DNA from: Candidatus Bathyarchaeota archaeon
Lineage (GTDB): Archaea > Thermoproteota > Bathyarchaeia > Bathyarchaeales > Bathycorpusculaceae
Assembly: GCA_963772455.1 (NCBI GenBank)
Contig: CAVYXJ010000007.1
Coordinates: forward strand, 1 to 64,000
Direction of reading: 5' to 3'
DNA: 64,000 nt
Numbering within the stretch: position 1 is the stretch's first letter; the number at the start of each line of letters is the position of its first letter. Below the pieces are notes generated by a model that saw nothing but the letters and a program-made list of their open reading frames with translations, searched no databases and had not been told where the DNA came from. Positions 60,539-64,000 of the stretch are shown here, one piece after another. The position numbers were made by a program, and so were the translations under genes.

Positions 60539-61039
60539 TTACTTCTTTTCTTCTGGTTCTTGAAAGAGTTTCTTGATTGCACCGATTCTTGATTTCTGTG
60601 CCAAAACATCGCTAGTAACCACTGTAATGGCTTCTTCTGGACACCATTTGACACATTGTGGTCCATCTGCTTTATCTTTGCACATGTCACAAACATAGAC
60701 CACTTTAGTTTCTGGATGCAACATTATTGCACCGTAATCGCATGCTTCTATGCACCAGCCACAGCCATTACATTTGTCCTTGTCTAATACGATGTTTCCT
60801 GTGTCTTCTGATTGTTTAAGCGCATCTCGTGGACATGCTGCTACACAAGCTGGATCTTCACATAGACGACACGTAACAGCCATGTTAGCCAACTGGTTAA
60901 CCCGGACAACTCTAATGCGAGATTTAAGCGGATTAAAGGCTTTTTCCTTGGTAAATGAGCAAGCATACTCGCAGATTTGGCAACCGACACATTTTTCTGG
61001 ATCAGCAGAAACAAATTTTCTCTCATGCATCTTTACCAT
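60539..61039 (-). CDS. 4Fe-4S dicluster (DmsB/HydN-like) electron-transfer subunit of AOR
   Basis: Four Cys groups: CVGCQICEYAC, CRLCEDPACVAACP, CNGCGWCIEAC, CDMC...CVKWCP. Confidence 0.92.
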   Translation of the reverse strand: MVKMHERKFVSADPEKCVGCQICEYACSFTKEKAFNPLKSRIRVVRVNQLANMAVTCRLCEDPACVAACPRDALKQSEDTGNIVLDKDKCNGCGWCIEACDYGAIMLHPETKVVYVCDMCKDKADGPQCVKWCPEEAITVVTSDVLAQKSRIGAIKKLFQEPEEKK

Positions 61040-61041
61040 TT

Positions 61042-62898
61042 CTATGCCTCTTTTCCTTCTATAATATTTGAAAAATCTTCTAAGCCAAGTTCTTGTAGCT
61101 TAGCTTTAGTGGGTATACCTTCAACATTCCAGCCGCGAGCTTGATAATAATCATCGAGCAACAGGTCAAGTTCCTCTTGTGTTACAACTGAGCCTTTTGC
61201 AGGTCCCTCGTCTGTAATAGGTTGATTGATTACTTTCCATGGGAGAATATCGTCTTTACGGCTTTTGCCTTCGCGGACATTTATGAGTTTGGCAAGAGTG
61301 TTTATTCGTTCTCCTGCAACATTGAGTTCTTCAGGAGTCATCTCATAGCCTGTCACTAAGTTGTAGAGTTTTGACATATCTGCGAGTTCCTTGTAAAGTG
61401 TTCCTTTGGCGTTCTTGCAGATAATTAGTGAATCAATCAATGCGTAAATGTCCTCTGCGTCTTTTACGAGTTTGCCGCGACCTTTTTCAACTTTCAAGCG
61501 GTCAACTTTGCCTTTCAAATCTATGGTATAAGCACCGCTGCGATTATGGTCTGCTCCACGGAATGAAACTGCAGAGCCTAGAGCAGCAGTTTTGAGACAT
61601 CTCAAATCGTATCCTGTCACTTCCAAACCTTTAATATGCATGGCAAGCCGACTTGAGTTTCTGCCTATCTTTTCTGCAGCTACTTTTACGCCGTCAGCGA
61701 GCATGTCTCCAATACCTTCGCGTTTACCGATTTTTTCAATAAGGTTGATTAATGCATCTGCGTTGCCGAAGTGAGCGTCTAATCCACCAAGGTCTTCGTG
61801 GGTCAATATTCCTTTTTCATGGCAGTCCATTACGAAACTGACAGTTACTCCTGCGCTTGTTGCGTCAAGTCCATAGAAATTGCAGAGTTCAGCTGCTTTG
61901 ATTATTGCATCTAGTTTGTCTACGCCGCAGTTAGGTCCTAGCGCCCAAATATTATCGTATTCCATTCGCGTCATTGTGCCTTTGTATGGTCCTTCACGGA
62001 TAACTGCTTCATGTTCGCATCTCATAGCGCAAGAGTTACAGGCGATTATTTTCGAAATGTAACGCTCATTTAAAGTCTCTGCGCTGACTTTTTCAGCGTT
62101 CTCGAAATGTGCGTTATTGAAGTTGCGTGTCGGCAAACAGAAAAGTGCGTTTTGAATCATTATGTTTTCGGATGTACCAAGAGTGCGGTATTTTTGTGCT
62201 GCTGGCCCTTTCATGCGTTCATGAAATTCTTTAACCATATTCATGAATTCGTCTGGTTTCGCAACAACTATGTCATGGGTGCCCCTTACTGCGATGGCTT
62301 TAAGGTTTTTGCTTCCCATTACAGCGCCAAGACCTGTTCTACCTGCTGCTCTGGTTTTCTCGTTTATAATACATGCGATTTTAGATAATTTTTCGCCTGC
62401 TAAACCAATAGATGCTACGCGAACATAAAAGTCACCGATTTCATTCTTTATGGCATCTTCAGTTTCGCCTGGTGACTTACCCCAAATTTGGGATGCATCA
62501 AGTAACTGGATTGATTCATCGTCAATCCAAAGGTAAACTGGTTTCTCTGCTTTGCCCATTAAAACTACCGCGTCGTATCCTGCACGTTTTAGTTCGGCTC
62601 CAAAAGTACCGTGGCTTACGGCTTCTCCGACACCATTTGTTTCAGGTGATTTAGATATGAATGTATGTCCGTTTCCACCTGTTGGAAACATTGTTCCTGA
62701 AACTGGTCCGTCAGCAAGGATGAGGGGGTTTTCAGAGGTAAGTGGGTCAACACCTGCTTTTGAGTTAGACAGATAAAGTTTCATTCCAAGACCGATGCCA
62801 CCTATGTATTTTTTGGCATCTTCTTCGCTCAGTTTTTCTGTGCGAGTTTTGCCTGTGGCTAAATCAACATATAAGATTGTTCCCGAGTAACCTAGCAA
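61042..62898 (-). CDS. aor: Tungsten-containing aldehyde:ferredoxin oxidoreductase family protein
   Basis: KSP, AGRTGLGAVMGSKNLKAI, CNSCAMRC, DSLIIC and YYQARGW..EG.P motifs. Confidence 0.93.
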   Translation of the reverse strand: MLGYSGTILYVDLATGKTRTEKLSEEDAKKYIGGIGLGMKLYLSNSKAGVDPLTSENPLILADGPVSGTMFPTGGNGHTFISKSPETNGVGEAVSHGTFGAELKRAGYDAVVLMGKAEKPVYLWIDDESIQLLDASQIWGKSPGETEDAIKNEIGDFYVRVASIGLAGEKLSKIACIINEKTRAAGRTGLGAVMGSKNLKAIAVRGTHDIVVAKPDEFMNMVKEFHERMKGPAAQKYRTLGTSENIMIQNALFCLPTRNFNNAHFENAEKVSAETLNERYISKIIACNSCAMRCEHEAVIREGPYKGTMTRMEYDNIWALGPNCGVDKLDAIIKAAELCNFYGLDATSAGVTVSFVMDCHEKGILTHEDLGGLDAHFGNADALINLIEKIGKREGIGDMLADGVKVAAEKIGRNSSRLAMHIKGLEVTGYDLRCLKTAALGSAVSFRGADHNRSGAYTIDLKGKVDRLKVEKGRGKLVKDAEDIYALIDSLIICKNAKGTLYKELADMSKLYNLVTGYEMTPEELNVAGERINTLAKLINVREGKSRKDDILPWKVINQPITDEGPAKGSVVTQEELDLLLDDYYQARGWNVEGIPTKAKLQELGLEDFSNIIEGKEA

Positions 62899-63122
62899 CC
62901 TTGTTCCTCCAAGAGTTGAAATATTTAGTGCTGTTGAACAATATATTAAGTTAATGGGTTCTCAGTTTGTTTTTCGACGGGTCTCAAAGCAATTGTGACG
63001 CCGTCATGCACAACCTAACACATCGTTAATGCGGTGTTTTCTAAGGCAAAAATCCGTTTAAACTTAGAAAAGAAATATCAGAACGTAAACACAATCACTA
63101 AATCCGGAGTAGAATCAAAGAC

Positions 63123-63410
63123 ATGCAAATTAAAGTCCACTACATCGGCTTAATAAAATCCTTCACAAACACAAGCCAAGACGAATTCGAGCTATCAAAT
63201 GGTTCTCTACTTTCGGAACTGCTTGACAAAATCGCCCAAGACTTCGGCAAACAATTCATACAAGAAGTCTACGATCCAATCAAGAAGGAGATGAAAGCTT
63301 CTTTTGTTGTGATGGTCAACGGCGTTTTAATGGACCAACTTGAAGGCATAAACACCCCCCTCAAAGACCGCGACAACATCATTTTAATGTCGCTCGTGAC
63401 GGGCGGCTAA
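63123..63410 (+). CDS. MoaD/ThiS (SAMP-like) sulfur carrier
   Basis: Beta-grasp pattern VMVNG...L.D.D with C-terminal GG; divergent from aor. Confidence 0.9.
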   Translation: MQIKVHYIGLIKSFTNTSQDEFELSNGSLLSELLDKIAQDFGKQFIQEVYDPIKKEMKASFVVMVNGVLMDQLEGINTPLKDRDNIILMSLVTGG

Positions 63411-63459
63411 ATTGCCAAGCATACAACTTAAAAGCGCACACAAGCATATTTTTCGATAG

Positions 63460-63786
63460 ATGAAAATAACACACAAAAGCAAATGGCTCTTTTATTCAGG
63501 GTTCTTCACAATCATCTATGGCTTTTTTATTATTCTAGCATTACTTCTTCGGATTAATTGGTTGAGTCCTATTCTGGTTCTTCTTTTTGCTTCCGGTATT
63601 GCGATACCAATTTACTTTAGACATCATTATCGGCGCTCAAACAAAGCAGAAAAAAACAGGATGATTAACCAAAAAGCCCTCAACAGCTACTATTACAACC
63701 GGTGGTACACCCCAGCTGACTCAACTGAACTAGATTATCAAATTGAAAAAATCAAGAAAAGAAGAAGCCAATTAAGTAAGCTCTAA
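63460..63786 (+). CDS. Small two-TM hypothetical protein
   Basis: Two hydrophobic helices followed by a basic tail. Confidence 0.6.
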   Translation: MKITHKSKWLFYSGFFTIIYGFFIILALLLRINWLSPILVLLFASGIAIPIYFRHHYRRSNKAEKNRMINQKALNSYYYNRWYTPADSTELDYQIEKIKKRRSQLSKL

Positions 63787-63820
63787 TCAGAAAATCAAAA
63801 TACAAAGAAATAAAAATTAG

Positions 63821-63847
63821 CGCAAAAAGCGCATTTTGATTTTTGCG
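63821..63847. terminator. Possible terminator hairpin between convergent genes
   Basis: CGCAAAAA...TTTTTGCG inverted repeat. Confidence 0.35.
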
Positions 63848-63850
63848 TGT

Positions 63851-64000
63851 TTATTTTGTTTTATTGGCTTCTGCTTCTACTGATTGAAATAGATTCTTAA
63901 CTGCTTTCTGTCTATACTTCTGAGCTAATGTCTCTGCGCTAACGAATGTTAAGGCTTCTTCAGGGCACCATTTGACGCATTGAGGTTCTTTGGTTTCGTT
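63851..64000 (-). CDS. 3' end of a second 4Fe-4S subunit paralog (partial)
   Basis: Reads NETKEPQCVKWCPEEALTFVSAETLAQKYRQKAVKNLFQ...*, similar to the C-terminus of 60539..61039. Confidence 0.85.
   Translation of the reverse strand, partial: NETKEPQCVKWCPEEALTFVSAETLAQKYRQKAVKNLFQSVEAEANKTK

Noticed and set aside
62994-63012. TGTG...CACA between aor and moaD as a seventh operator
   Set aside because: The span is 19 bp rather than 24 and the inner arms do not match. The TGAC-N3-GTCA similarity to 21852 is too short to support.

Overview
Archaeal chromosomal segment, most likely Bathyarchaeia (TACK). The assignment is inferred from the unsplit RpoB, fused RpoA'/A'', rpl30e-nusA, BHB-type tRNA introns and the protein families present. 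The left ~23.5 kb is accessory and lies entirely on the minus strand. It holds a surface-glycosylation cluster (1-6.3 kb) and a Tat-export/multicopper-oxidase locus (6.6-23.5 kb): tatA, tatC, a triple NosL-like Cys-rich surface protein, Cys-motif membrane proteins, a MacB/LolCDE-type ABC transporter, two Tat-signal multicopper oxidases, a decayed third oxidase fragment, an S53 protease and a beta-propeller protein. Six promoters in this locus carry the same 24-bp palindrome (TGTGRYTKY-N6-RMARYCACA) right next to a TATA-like box, which defines an apparent regulon. Many genes left of ~20.1 kb are split by single-base frameshifts (sequencing error or decay), while genes to the right are intact. 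The right part is mostly core: apgM, Lhr helicase, cdc6-wHTH-moaCBA, pdaD, nucS, a compact SMC5/6-like SMC-kleisin-KITE operon, a 5'-nucleotidase, the RNA polymerase operon, a DNA methyltransferase with a mini PD-(D/E)xK ORF, a free-standing LAGLIDADG gene abutting a two-intron tRNA-Leu(CAA), pepF, uppP and a tungsten AOR locus. All calls come from motif recognition by eye; no database searches were run.
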